A stretch of 64,000 nucleotides of DNA, from the NCBI GenBank assembly GCA_030390025.1, contig CM059432.1, forward strand, positions 20,586,001-20,650,000, read 5' to 3'. The position numbers were made by a program, and so were the translations under genes. This document shows, in pieces, positions 36,701-49,400 of the stretch. Numbering within the stretch: position 1 is the first letter of the stretch; each line of letters opens with the position of its first letter. A model generated the notes under the pieces. It did not search any database. It saw nothing but the letters and a program-made list of their open reading frames with translations, and was not told the DNA's origin. This stretch comes from Squalus acanthias (lineage: Eukaryota).

Positions 36701-37659
36701 ACCTCCAAGTTCCCCTGCAAGTCACACACCATCCTGACTTAGAAGTATATGGCCGATCCTTCATCGTCGCTGGGTCAAAATCCTGGAACTCCCTACCTAA
36801 CAGCACTGTGGGAGTACCTTCACCACACGGACTGCAGCGGTTCAAGAAGGTGGCTCACCACCACCTTCTGAAGGGCAACTAGGGATGGGCAATAAATGCT
36901 GGCATTGCCAGCGATGCCCACATCCCATAAACGAATTTAAAAAAAGACGCACTTTTTTGACAACGCCATTTTTACTTTACACCGAATCTCAAATCTTGCG
37001 TGTGTTCAACGCCATATGTCATTCAGTCAGTGTCTTAGGGCAACTGCAATAGTGCTGTAACATCTACTCGTCCCCGATTACCCCAACTTTTAATTTCTCA
37101 ATTTAAAATCTGTTCCAGACTGAGATTTTCCATATAAGGTGTGAAACACCCTCTGTCTCAGAAGGTTTCAGTAACTTCTTCCCGGTGGGAGAATTTAGAG
37201 CTTAGTCATTAAAATAAAACCATGATTTGATCTGATCTTTGCACCATGCTGCTCTCTGAGGTAAAGTAAATCCACTCACCCACCAGCCCTCACTGCGCCC
37301 TTGGCTTCTGCTCCGATTTTTTGGCCGCTGCTCATGTTCAAGGATCCGCCCTCCTGCCAGTCACTATTGGCTGATACAGCTTCCTCCTGATAGGATGAAA
37401 CCTAACCCACAGGTCCCACCTATGCTGCCAGCAGCAGCCAATCCCAGGAGGGCATCGCTCTGACAAACGAATGCCGCGCCCTGATTGGTCTAGAAGATCT
37501 GAGGCGTGATGAAAAATGACGTTTCAGCGGTCAATGAATATGGCTCTATTTGGGGACGAGTTTCCTGAACCGGGGACTCTTCCGGGGACACTGTTTGCCC
37601 GGGGACACAGTACCTCATCCGGGACTGTCCCCGGAAAACGGGGACGTCTGGTCGGTCTA
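33770..37659. mobile_element. Non-autonomous hAT (Blackjack-type) element split by a LINE
   Basis: Left TAGGGTGACCA, right ...ggggacgtctggtcggtcta, subterminal ccggggac repeats, and 8-bp TSD gtgtacat/gtgtacct. Confidence 0.75.
34028..36945 (+). mobile_element. LINE family B (APE endonuclease + RT; CR1/Jockey group), near-complete ORF2
   Basis: ORF 34140..35018 (LTESYL, YRPP, GDFN, LDLVL, SDH) and ORF 35446..36882 ([26 protein letters not shown]), ending in an A-rich tail. Confidence 0.92.
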
Positions 37660-37998
37660 GTGTACCTGTATATATGGTTGTATGCAGACTGTATTGAATA
37701 TTATGAGAAAGTAGACATGCATAAACAATGATGTAAGACCAGGCCCCGATATTTACAGGGAGGAGGGGAGAGTGCGTGGGAGCACGGTAGCGGGGAGGGG
37801 GGAGGGGGAACCTGGCAAGGCCTGGGACGTGGAGGTCCTGTCGAATTTAATGGCAGGACCTCATTATAATTCTTTTCTTCTGTTTCACGCCCGGCAGCCG
37901 GCCAAATTGACAGCCTGGCTGACTGCCGGGCGGGAAAACCAGTGGCAGGAGGCCGCGTCCAGTGACCCATGGAGATAGTCCCCGGCAATCAGGATCAC

Positions 37999-38392
37999 AG
38001 GGCAGGCAGGAGATTGGGGGGGTTGGGGTTGGGGAGGTTGATCGTGGGGCAGGCCGGAGATCGGGGAGTTGGGGGTGGGGAGGTTGATCGTGGGGCAGGC
38101 CGGAGATTGGGGGGGTTGGGGGTGGGGAGGTTGATTGTGGGGCAGGCCAGAGATCGGGAGTTGGGGGTGGGGAGGTTGATCGTGGGGCAGGCCGGAGATT
38201 GGGGTGTTGGGGGTGGGGAGGTTGATCGCGGGGCAGGCCGGAGATTGGGGTGTTGGGGGTGTGGAGGTTGATCGCGGGGCAGGCCGGAGATTGGGGGTGT
38301 TGGGGGTGGGGAGGTTGATCGCGGGGCAGGCCGGAGATTGGGGGTGTTGGGGGTGGGGAGGTTGATTGCGGGGCAGGCCGAAGATTGGGGTT
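37999..38392 (+). repeat. G-rich minisatellite, ~46-47 bp unit, ~8 copies
   Basis: ggggcaggccggagattgggggtgttgggggtggggaggttgatcg(c/t) repeated. Confidence 0.95.
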
Positions 38393-38574
38393 GGAGTGGG
38401 GGGAGAGAGGCTGCGATTGGCAGAAGGCAGGTTGAAGGTTTTCTTGAAAGGCCAGGGGTGCACTCCTGCACCTTCTGGCCCACAAGGAGTACAGTGAAAA
38501 GCAATTATATTCTTGAGCCAGCAACTCTCGCCTCCTATTCAGTGCCATTCACAACTCCTCAGATTATAAAGTAG

Positions 38575-39422
38575 CCCATGCTCGCATGCAACAAGACCTG
38601 GACGATGTTTAGGCTTGGGCTGATAAGTGGCAGGTAACATTCGCGCCACAGAAGTGCCAGGCAATGACTATCTCCAACAAGCGAGAGTCTAACCATCTCC
38701 CCTTGACATTCAACGGTATTACCATCGTTGAATCCCCCACCATCAACATCCTGGGGGTCACCATTGACCAGAAACTTAACTGGACCAGCCACATAAATAC
38801 TGTGGCTATAAGAGCAGGTCAGAGGCTGGGTATTCTGCGGCGAGTGTCTCATCTCCTGACTCCCCAAAGCCTTTCCACCATCTACAAGGCACAAGTAAGG
38901 AGTGTGATGGAATACTCTCCACTTGCCTGGATGAGTGCAGCTCCAACAACACTCAAGAAGCTCGACACCATCCAGGACAAAGCAGCCCGCTTGATTGCAA
39001 CCCCATCCACCAGTTTAAACATTCACTCTCTGCACCACTGGTGCACTGTGTCTGCAGTGTGTTCCATCTAAAAGATGCACTGCAGCAACTCGCCAAAGCT
39101 TCTTCAGCAGCACCTCCCAAACACGCAATCTCTTCCACCTAGAAGGACAAGGGCAGCAGGTGCATGGGAACACCGCCACCCCCAAGTTCCCCTCCAAGTC
39201 ACACACCATCCTGACTTAGAATTATATCACCGATCCTTCATCGTCGCCGGGTCCAAATCCTGGAACTCCCTCCCGAACAGCACTGTGGGAGTACCTTCAC
39301 CACACGGACTGCAGTGGTTCAAGAATGCGGCTCACCACCACCTTCTCAAGGGCCATTAGGGATGGGCAATAAATGCTGGTCTTGCCAGCGACGCCCACAT
39401 CCCATAAACAAATAAAAAAAAT
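38575..39422 (+). mobile_element. LINE family B 3' fragment
   Basis: Homologous to 36100-36945. Confidence 0.92.
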
Positions 39423-39685
39423 ATTCACTGGCGGGTTTCCCGGCCGGCAGCTGTCAAATTTAAATCGGGCTCCAATTTCATTGTGGGAGCCCAATTTAAA
39501 TATGATAATGATGTGTCCCACCTACCCAAAATGGGACACATGCACACCTCGCAACCCACCGCTGTAAAAATGGCAGTGGGTGTGTACGTGGTGGGTTGGG
39601 GATGTGATCCCCGTCTTGTAGGGTTTAACTGCTCCCCCCCAACCTCCTACGCTTGTCGTGGGGGTGTTAATATCGACCTCCGGGT

Positions 39686-40360
39686 GACAGCTGTGACTCA
39701 GTGGCAGCACACTTGCCTCAGAGTCAGAAAGTTGTGGGTTCAAGTCTCATGGAAAAAACACAAAATCTCGGCTGACACTCCAGTACAGTACTGAGGGAGT
39801 GCTATACTGTCAGAGATGCTGTATTTTGGTTGAGATTTTAAACCGAGGTCCCATCTGCCTCTCAGGTGAACGTAAAAGGCACAATTTCGAAGAGGAGCAG
39901 GGACTGTTCCCTGGTGCCCTGGCCAATATTTATCCCTCAACCAACATCACTGAAACAGATTATCTGGTCATTATCTCATTGCTGTTTGTGGGAGCTTGCT
40001 GTGGGCCATCAGCAGCAGCAGAATTGTATTCCACCACAATCTGTAACCTCATGGCGCGGCATATTCATCAATCGACCGTTACTGTTAAGCCAGGGGACCA
40101 ACCCTGGTTCAATGAGGGGTGCAGAAGAGCATGCCAGGAGCAGCACCACGTGTACCTAAAAATGAGGTGCCAACCTGGGGAAGCTAGAACACAGGACTAC
40201 ATGCATGGTAAACAGTGAAAGCATCATGCTATAGACAGAGCTAAGCGATCCCACAACCAAGGGATCAGATCAAAGCTTCAAAAGTACTTCATTGGCTGTA
40301 AAGCGCTTTGGTACATCCAGAGGTGGTGAAAGGCGCTATATAAATGCAAGTCTTTCAGTC
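39686..40360 (+). mobile_element. DeuSINE with internal LINE B fragment (39998-40277)
   Basis: SINE body, then an abrupt switch to LINE B sequence at gctgtg, then back to the SINE tail at cttcaaaagtac. Confidence 0.8.
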
Positions 40361-40436
40361 TTTCGATCTATTTGCCTATCTGTCTGTCTGCCTACAAAAT
40401 CCCAGTACTCCAGAAAAGAACAGTCATCACGAAGTG

Positions 40437-40800
40437 TCAGCCTGGCTCAGTTGGTAGCATTCTTGTCTGTGGGTTAGACGATTTTGGGTTCAAGCCCCAC
40501 CATAGATTTGATCACCTAATCTAGAGCAACACTTCAGTGCAATATTGAGGGTATGTCGCATTATTAGTGTTTTTCAGATGAAAGGTTAAACTGAAGCACC
40601 TATCCACCTGCTCAGCTGGATGTAAAGGAACCCATAAGACTATTTGAAAAAAGAGCAGGGATACCTCTCAGTGTCTTGGTCAATATTCCTCCCTCAACAA
40701 CAGTGACTACACTTTAAAAGTAATCCATTATTTGTAAAGTACCTTGGGATGTCCTGAGGATGCGATAAGGCACAATATAAATGCTTGCTCATTCTTTCTT
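40437..40800 (+). mobile_element. Older degenerate DeuSINE
   Basis: tggctcagttggtagc head and a diverged core and tail. Confidence 0.65.
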
Positions 40801-41011
40801 AGACATTGGGAGTACTAATGCAATGCTTTGGCTAGTTGGACCAGTCATACTGTATTCTGTATAGTGCACAATATCACCATGGACTGAGGACTCAATATGG
40901 ACATGAATGAACAGCAACAGCAAGCTATTGGAGAACAGGAGTGTTATATAATTAATGTCTGGGTACAACTAACCCATTTGAGATAGTTTACTCACATTAC
41001 ATTTCCCAAGT

Positions 41012-43185
41012 CATCGTGTTGTGTGGCTCTAACACTGTGCTAAATGGGATAGATTCAGAACAGATCTAGTAACTCAAAACTGAGCATCCATGAGGCGCTG
41101 TAGGCCATCAGCAGCAGCAGAATTGTATTCCACCACAATCTGTAACCTCATGCATGGCATATCCCTCATTCTACCATTACCGTTTAGCCAGGGGACCAAC
41201 CCTGGTTCAATGAGGGGTGCAGAAGAGCATGCCAGGAGCAGCACCACGCGTACCTAAAAATGAGGTAGCAACCTGGGAAAGCTAGAACACAGGACTACAT
41301 GCATGCTAAACAGTGAAAGCATCATGCTATAGGCAGGGCTAAGTGATCCCACAACCAAAGGATCAGATCAAAACTCTGCAGTCCTGCCACATCCAGTCAT
41401 GAATGGTGGTGCACAATTAAACAACTAACGGGAGGAGAAGGCTCCATGAACATCCCTTTCCTTGATGATGGCAAAGCCCAGAACTTGAGTGCAAAAGACA
41501 AGGCTGAATCATTTGCAACCATCTTCAGCCAGAAATGCCGAGTGGATGATCCATCTCGGCCTCCTCCTGAGATCCCCACCATCACGGAAGCCAATCTTCA
41601 GTCAATTTGATTCACTCCACGTGATATCAGGAAACAGCTGAGCGCACAGGATACAGCAAAGGCTATGGGCCCCGACAATGTCCCGGCTGTCATACTGAAG
41701 ACTTGTGCTCCAGAACTAGCTGCGCCTCTAGCCAAGCTGCTCCAGTGCAGCGACAACACTGGCATCTACCCGACAAAGTGAAAAATTGCCCAGGTATGTC
41801 CTGTCCACAAAAAGCAGGACAAATCCAATCCAGCCAATTACCGCCCCATTAGTCTACTCTCAATCATCAGTAAAGTGATGGAAGGTGTTGTCAACAGTGC
41901 TATCAACGGCACTTACTCACTAGTAACCTGCTCACCGATGCTCAGTTTGGGTTCTGCCAGGACCACTCGGCTCCAGGCCTCAATAAGCCTTGGTCCAAGC
42001 ATGGACAAAAGAATTGAATTCCAGAGGTGAGGTGAGGGTGACTGTCTTTGACATGAAGGCAGCATTTGTCTGATTGTGGCATCAAGGAGCCCTAGTAAAA
42101 TTGAAGTCAATGGGAATCAGGGGGAAAATTCACCACTGGCTCGAGTCATACCTAGCTCAAAGGAAAATGGTTGTGGTTGTTGGAGGCCAACTGCAGGAGT
42201 TCCTCAGGAGAGTGTCCTAGGCTCAACCACCTTCAGCTGCTTCATCAATGACCTTCCCTCCATCATAAGGTTAGAAGTGGGGATGTTCGCTGATGATTGC
42301 ACAGTGTTCAATTCCATTCGCAACTCCTCAGATAATGAAGCAGTCCATGCCCGCATGCAGCAAGACCTGGACAACATTCAGGCTTGGGCTGATAAGTGGC
42401 AGGTAACATGCGACACAAGTACCAGGCAATGACCATCTCTAACAAGAGAAAGTCTAACCACCTCCCCTTGACATCAATGGCATTACCATCATCGAATCCT
42501 GCAACATTAACATCCTGGGAGTCACCATTGACCAGAAACTTAACTGGACTAGCCACATAAATACTGTGGCTACCAGAACAGGTCAGAGGCTGGGTATTCT
42601 GTGGCGAGTGACTCACATCCTGACTCCCCAAAGCCTTTCCACCATCTACAAGGCACAATGCAAGAAGTGTGATGGAATACTCTCCACTTGCCTAGATGAG
42701 TGCAGCACCAACAACACTCAAGAAGCTTGACACCAACCAGGACAAAGCAACTGCTTGATTGGCACAACATCCACCACCTTAAACATACACTCCCTCCACC
42801 ACCGGTGCACCGTGGCTGCAGTGTGTGCCATCTACAAGATGCATTGCAGCAACTCGCCAAGGCTTCTTCGACAGCACCTCCCAAACCCGCGACCTCTACC
42901 ACCTAGAAGGACAAGGGAAGCAGGTGCATGGGAACACCACCACCTCCAAGTACCCCTCCAAGTCACACAACATCCTGACTTGGAAATATATCGCCGATCC
43001 TTCATCGTCGCTGGGTCTAAATCCTGGAACTCCCTCCCTAACAGCACTGTGGGAGTATCTTCAGCACATGGACTGCAGCGGTTCAAGAAGGGGGCTCACC
43101 ACCACCTTCTGAAGGGCCATTAGGGATGGGCAATAAATGCTGGCCTTGCCAGCGACGCCCACATCCTGTGAATGAATAAAAAATA
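41012..43185 (+). mobile_element. LINE family B, 5'-truncated
   Basis: RT motifs with stops and frameshifts, same 3' tail. Confidence 0.9.
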
Positions 43186-43655
43186 ATGTGCAATGATATA
43201 CAATAGGAAGATGGTGATGTGCAGCAGCCACCATCAGCAGACCAGCCATTGAGGCAGGTGCATGAGGGTATCATTGCCCAGTTTTTCCTTGAGCGTGCAG
43301 TTGTCCATAAATACTTGCTATTGAATAGATTTACAATCGCAGAACTGCTAGTTGCTTTATCTGTTTAGTTTTTACTAAGAACTACATACGTTCTGTTGTC
43401 TTTACTTTTGGACAACACACTTTCTTTTCTGCATAATAAAGAAATGACAGAATGCCAGACTAATTAAAGATGAATTCAAATTCTTCAGTGTTTCAGTGAT
43501 ACAATGTTTGAGTGCATGTGGTGTATATTATAAATTTGTTTTTCTCTTGTTGTTACTCCCTATGACTTGTGAACTTCTTGGTAAGCCTTGTGTATGTACC
43601 GTACTCCTAAGTATTTACCTATATGAAAGAATAACACTGCTGGCTGGTGGCTTAG

Positions 43656-44125
43656 TGTCAGCTGTGGCTCAGTGGGTAGCACACTCGCCTCTGAGTCAGA
43701 AGGTTGTGGGTTCATAGTCCCACTCCAGGGACTTGAGCACATAAGTCTAGGCTGATACTCTAGTGCAGTGCTGAGGGTGCGCTGCACTGTCAGATATGCC
43801 GTCTTTCGGATGAGATGTTAAACCGAGGCCCCGTCTGCTCTCTCAGGTGGATGTAAAAGATCACATGGCACTATTTCGAAGAAGAGCAGGGGAGTTCTCC
43901 CCGGTGTCCTGGCCAATATTTATCCCTCAATCAACATCACTAAAAACAGATTATCTGGTCACAATCACATTGCTGTTTGTGGGACCTTGCTGTGGACAAA
44001 TTGGCTGCCGCGTTTCCTACATTACAACAGTGACTACACTTCAAAATAGTACTTCATTGGCTGTGAAGCGCTTTGAGACGTCCGGTGGTCGTGAAAGGCG
44101 CTATATAAATGCAAGTCTTTTCTTT
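43656..44125 (+). mobile_element. DeuSINE (SacSINE1-like), full length
   Basis: Same structure as the 25822 copy. Confidence 0.85.
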
Positions 44126-46075
44126 CTCAGCTAACAGTTGAGCCCATTGCATTCCTCGGGTCCCCTGCTACTAACCCACTGTACCCGCATTAGCACTCAA
44201 GTTACTGTGGATTCATTGCTTTAAATGCAGCATCTGCAATTGCTTGTGCTGTGGTATGTAATGGCACGGAACTGTCACTGACATGAGTGGTATCTGGCTG
44301 AACCATGTGTTTCACCGTGGCTGCCACTGCTGGAGGGCATGCCTTCACAACCCCCAGTAATCTGATTCAACAAAACCTGCTGGGCACTTATGATTTCTCT
44401 GATTCCCTCCTTCACAATTGTCTGTAATCATTCTCGAATAGAACTGAAGCTGGCCGGAGTTACTTCTCGGAATTTGGGCCCGGAAGCATTCATTGCAGCC
44501 ATTGGTTCGTTTATGCGCGACACTCCGACCAATGTGTCTGCATTATTGAGCTTGTCACTCCAGATCACATTGATGCTGCTCCATGTATAATCGCAGATTA
44601 ACAGCAGGCGTCCTTTTGTTTAACCGACCCATACAACTATGTACATGATGGCAAAGACAGTGTACAGAAGGATGGAATAGAGGCAAATGCCTGCTCAACA
44701 CAATCCCTGCGTTGAAACATCCTCTGTTAGAAAGCAAGCCCACTGAGGTCGGTATTCTGAGACAGCTCAGGAGCGCAGTCAAAATGCCAGACCTTTGGTC
44801 TATTCCCACTGGCCCCTTATTAACCCCGACCTCTGCCACTCTTTCCTCACAAGTGCCCTTTATTTCATCCCATGCTTCATCATCCATATCACTATATAAT
44901 TTGTCTTTATCTGCATTGTTGTTTAATGTAAGTGTGTATGGGGATAATTGGTGCTTTAGAAAATGTTCCTTTGTGGATAAGAAATGAAGATCATTTGATT
45001 CTTCTTATTCTGTGAAGAGAGCAGATGGAACAACCACACTCCTGTTTAAGCATTGTGTTGTCATTACATAAACTATTACGCACGTGACCATGTCTACTAT
45101 ATATGGACACACTGATGTAACACATGGTATAAACCATCATAGAATATATGCGGCGAGGCTCCGATTCAAAAACAAAACAAAATCAAAGGGTGACATCGCA
45201 GGAGAGCAGGTAGGTGATTGGTTGGTGAGTATTACAGCTTATGTTGCTCTCTAAGTTAGGGAAGGGGGTTAAATTAAGAACTGAGAACTGTAACTTGCTG
45301 GTACTTATTAAATTAATAACTTAAACTAGATAAAATAATCAAACAATAAAATTAAAATATCAATTGAACAAAAGCTTTAACTAATTAAATAATAAATAAA
45401 ACAAGGTTAGAGATAGAGGGCAGGTGGTGTGTCGTAACTGCAGCATCTGGGAGTTTGTGGAGAGCATCGCGATCCCGAGCAACCACATCTGCAGTGTGTC
45501 TGCAACTCGAGGAACTTCAGCTCAGAGTTGTTGAGCTGGAGTATGAGCTGCAGACATTGCGATGTATCAGGGAGGGGGAGAGTTACCTGGACACTTTGTT
45601 CCAGGAGGCAGTCACACCCTTTAGGTTAAGTAGTACTTTAGAGTAAGCCAATAGTCAGGAACAGGAGGGTGTGACCACGAGTCATGAAGGTATGGGGACC
45701 CAGGGTGTAGTGATGGAGGAGCCTCAGCCCTGGACCTTGTCCAACAGGTACGAGGTACTTTCTACCTGTATGGATGAGGAAAAGGACTGCAGGGAGGATG
45801 GGCAAACAGACCACGGCACTGTGGTACAGGGGGCCATCCAAGTGGGGGAGAAGGAAGGAATGTGGTAGTAGTAGGGGACAGTATAGTCAGGGGGATAGAT
45901 ACTGTTCTGTGCAGCCGCGAAAGAGAGTCCCGAAGGCTGGGTTGCCTGCCCAGTGCCAGGGTTAAGGATATCTCCTTGCAGCTGGAGAAGAACTTGGAGT
46001 GGGAGGGGGAGGATCCAGTTGTCATGGTCCATGTAGGAACCAAAGACATAGGTAGAACTAAGAATGAGGTTCTGC

Positions 46076-47507
46076 TGTAAGGGTTTTTTGTCTCGGGCTT
46101 ATTTGTTGGTCAGCCAGTTATGTTTTCCTGGACTGTGCTGCCCGCTGTGCGGTTGCGAATCGCTATCCCCTTTCTAGTTCTGAGCCCAGGACTTATCGAG
46201 CGGCGATAAGGACAAACGAACAGACCCGTGGATTGGTGCGAGGAAAACCAATGTTTATTTAACAGAGATGAAACATAACATGTCAATCTTAACTTCGGTA
46301 CAAACGAGGGAAATGACAGTAGAACAATACCTCACCCCTCCCAACCCCACTTTACTAGCTAAGTTAGACTCTTGAGGACCAGGGATAATGCTCACCAAAC
46401 GAATCCTTTGACAGTTGAGATATGGTTTAAAGTCCTTCTAAGTACAAGTTTCATAAGGCTCTTGTGCCTCGAGGTGTTTGATGGTCACTGGAACCGTTGC
46501 TCTGGTTTCTTGCGTGTCAGTCTGTTTCTGGAGCTGCTGGCCTTCTTCGTTGAACGGTCTTGTTTTCAGTTGAACTGTGTACTGGAGAACTCCTGTGCTT
46601 CAGCTGTCCTGCTTGTGGCCTCTCTGTGTGGCTTGAACAGCTTGTTTTAAACTGCTAGGCTGCAAAACTGCTCGTCTCTGTGGAACTCCTCTCTGTAGAA
46701 CTCGTCTCTGTAGAACTCGTCTCTGTAGAACTCCCGTTTCTTCCAGCACAGGTCTCTGTAGCACTCCGGCTTGCAGAACTCGTCTTTGTAGAACTCCCGC
46801 TTCTTCCAGCACAGGTCTCTGTAGCACTCCGGCTTGTAGAACTCATCTCTGTAGAACTCCCGCTTCTTCCAGCACAGGTCTCTGTAGCACTCCGGCTTGT
46901 AGAACTCATCTCTGTAGAACTCCGGCTTGTTCCAGTCTAAAGTTATACTGTTCGATTGTTCCTTATTTGCCCGACAAATCTTCCCAGTGCTTTGTTTAAT
47001 TCTGGTAGGCTCGTTAAGGTAGTTAACTTTAGTGGCAGGAGATGGCCTTTAACGATATTAAATATTTGTTACGTGGAGGATGATTGCTGGTCTGATGGTT
47101 GTTCATTTGTGTTGAGTACGTCTTTGTATAAATGCTAAACAGTTTGTTGGGGCTGGAGACGGGTCGACCACCTGTCTGTAGAGGCCAGCCCCGCCTCCTT
47201 TGGCAGCCTGTACTGAGGTCTGTTTAAAATGTTTAAAAATGTCCCTGGTCCAATACACTCAATTGGTTTTAAAATGTCCAAAGCCCCTTTTTCTTAGGGT
47301 CTCTCTCTTTTCCTCTGAGTCTTTTGGGGGTCTGGGAATTTCGCAACTCTCTTGCAGACCCAGGCATGTCACCTGGCCTGCTGTTTTTGCAGGGCCCTGG
47401 TTTCTGTTCAATGTCGCAGGCTTCTGCCCTGAGGTCTAGAAGCCACTTTGTCTAGGGTACCCCTTATTAATAACTCTGGGGAATGTGGGAATTTTGAGAA
47501 CCCTACA
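46076..47507 (-). mobile_element. Solo LTR, 1432 bp, inserted in CR1 ORF1
   Basis: TGTAAGGG...CCCTACA termini and 4-bp TSD CTGC (46072-75, 47508-11). CR1 frame EVLL|REFEELG rejoins across it. Minus-strand AATAAA near 46255. Confidence 0.85.
46670..46930. repeat. Compound tandem repeat (15-bp units and 63-bp higher-order unit x3) within the solo LTR
   Basis: ctgtagaactcgtct repeats, and gtagaactcccgcttcttccagcacaggtctctgtagcactccggcttgtagaactcatctct x3. Confidence 0.9.
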
Positions 47508-49124
47508 CTGCTGAGGGAGTTTGAGGAGCTAGGGTCTAAATTAATAAGCAGAACCTCAAGGGTAATAATCTCTGGATTACTACCTGAGCCACGCGCAAAT
47601 TGGCATAGGGTGAAGCAGATCAGAGAGTTAAATGCGTGGCTCAAAGAGTGGTGTGGGAAGAAGGGGTTTCAATTCATGGGGCACTGGCACCAGTACTGGG
47701 GAAATTTAGAAATCTAAAGAGAAAGGTCAAGGCAATAGAGCAGTGTAGCAATTTGGGTAAAAATAAGCAGAGTGTGACAGGAAGGGACAGAAAGTTTAAT
47801 GGTAGCAGTGCAGCAGAGAATAAGGTCAAAGCAGGGAATACTGGTAAAACATTTAAATTAAAGGCTCTTTATCTGAATGCATGAAGCATTCGTAACAAGA
47901 TAGATGAACTAGTGGCACAAATAGAGATAAATGGGTTTGATCTAATAGCCATTACAGAGACGTGGTTGCAAGGTGGCCAAAGTTGGGAACTAAATGTTCC
48001 AGGGTACTTGACGTTTTGAAAAGACAGGCAGAATGGAAAAGGAGGGGAAGTAGCCCTGATAATAAATCTTGTAATGTGTAATGAGACAGGATTAATTAGC
48101 AGAGTGATCATAATATGATAGAATTTCACATTAAGTTTGAGAGTGACTTGCCTAAGTCTGAACCTAGAGTCTTAAACTTAAATAAAGCCAATTACATAGG
48201 TATGAGGGGACGAGTTGGCTAAGGTAGATTGAAAAAATAGATTAAAAGGTATGGTGGTAGATAAGCAGTGGCGAGCATTTAAAGAAATATTTCATAATTC
48301 TCAACAAAAATACATTCCATTGAGAAACAAAAACTCCACAGGAAAAGTGACCCAATCATGGCTAACTAAAGAAGTTAAGGCTAGCATTAGATTGAAAGAA
48401 GAAGCTTATAATGTTGCGAAGAATAGTAGTAAGCCTGAGGATTGGGAGAGTTTCAGAAACCAGCAAAGAATGACCAAAAAATTGCTAAAATGGGACAAAA
48501 TAGATAATGAGAGAAAACTAGCAAGAAATATAAATGCAGATTGTAAGAGTTTCAACAAGTATGTAAAAAGGAAACAAATAGCAAAAGTAAACGTTGGTCC
48601 CTTAGGCTGAGACAGGAGAAATTATTATGGGGAATAAGGAAATGGCAGAAACGTTAAACAAATATTTTGTATCTGTCTTCACAGTAGAAGATACAAAAAG
48701 CATACCAAAAATGGTGGGGAACCAAGGGTCTAATGAGGGTGAGGAACTTAACGTAATTAACATAAGTAGAGTAAAAGTACTAGAGAAACTAATGGGACTA
48801 AAAGCCGACAAATCCCCTGGACGGCCTTCATCCCAGGGTTCTAAAAGAGGTGGCTGAAGAGATAGTGGATGCATTGGTTTGGATCTTCCAAAATTCCTTA
48901 GATTCTAGAACAGTCCCAGTGGATTGGAAGGTCACAAATGTAACACCGCTATTCAAGAAAGGAGGAAGAGAGAAAACAGGGAACTAAAGGCCAGTTAGCC
49001 TGACAGCAGTTGTCAGGAAAATGCTAGAATCCATTGTTAAGGAAGTGGTATCAGGGCACTTAGAAAATCATAACATGATTAGGCAGAGTCAACATGGTTT
49101 TATGAAAGGGAAATTGTGTTAGAG

Positions 49125-49400
49125 TCATAAATGTGCGGGTTAGGTTGATTTGGCTATGATAAATTGACCCTTAGTGTTAGGGGGGGATTAAATATGTGGG
49201 GTTATGGGGATAGGATGGGATATGTTAGGGGGAATTAAATACGTGGGGTTACGGGGGTAGGGTGGGATATGTGTACTGTGGGGATTAAAGCAGGGGACAG
49301 GGTACTGGATTTGGATGATCAGCCATGATCGTATTGAATGGTGGAGCAGGCTCGACGGGCCGAATGGCCTACTCCTGATCCTAGATTCTATGTTTCTATA
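49125..49400 (+). mobile_element. HE1/V-SINE-like fragment joined to a CR1 tail
   Basis: atgtgcgggttaggttgatttggctatgataaattgacccttagtg...ggggttacggg followed by a CR1 3' UTR. Confidence 0.6.

Larger units (their letters stand above)
37742..39679. mobile_element. MITE-like element containing a minisatellite and a LINE B fragment
   Basis: Imperfect TIRs ggccccgatattt / taatatcgacc. Confidence 0.45.

Noticed and set aside
37847..38548. Pro-rich and Gly-rich ORFs of 100-233 aa
   Set aside because: They are translations of the G-rich minisatellite.
46670..46930. CRISPR-like array
   Set aside because: The units are contiguous tandem repeats without unique spacers, there are no cas genes, and the context is eukaryotic.
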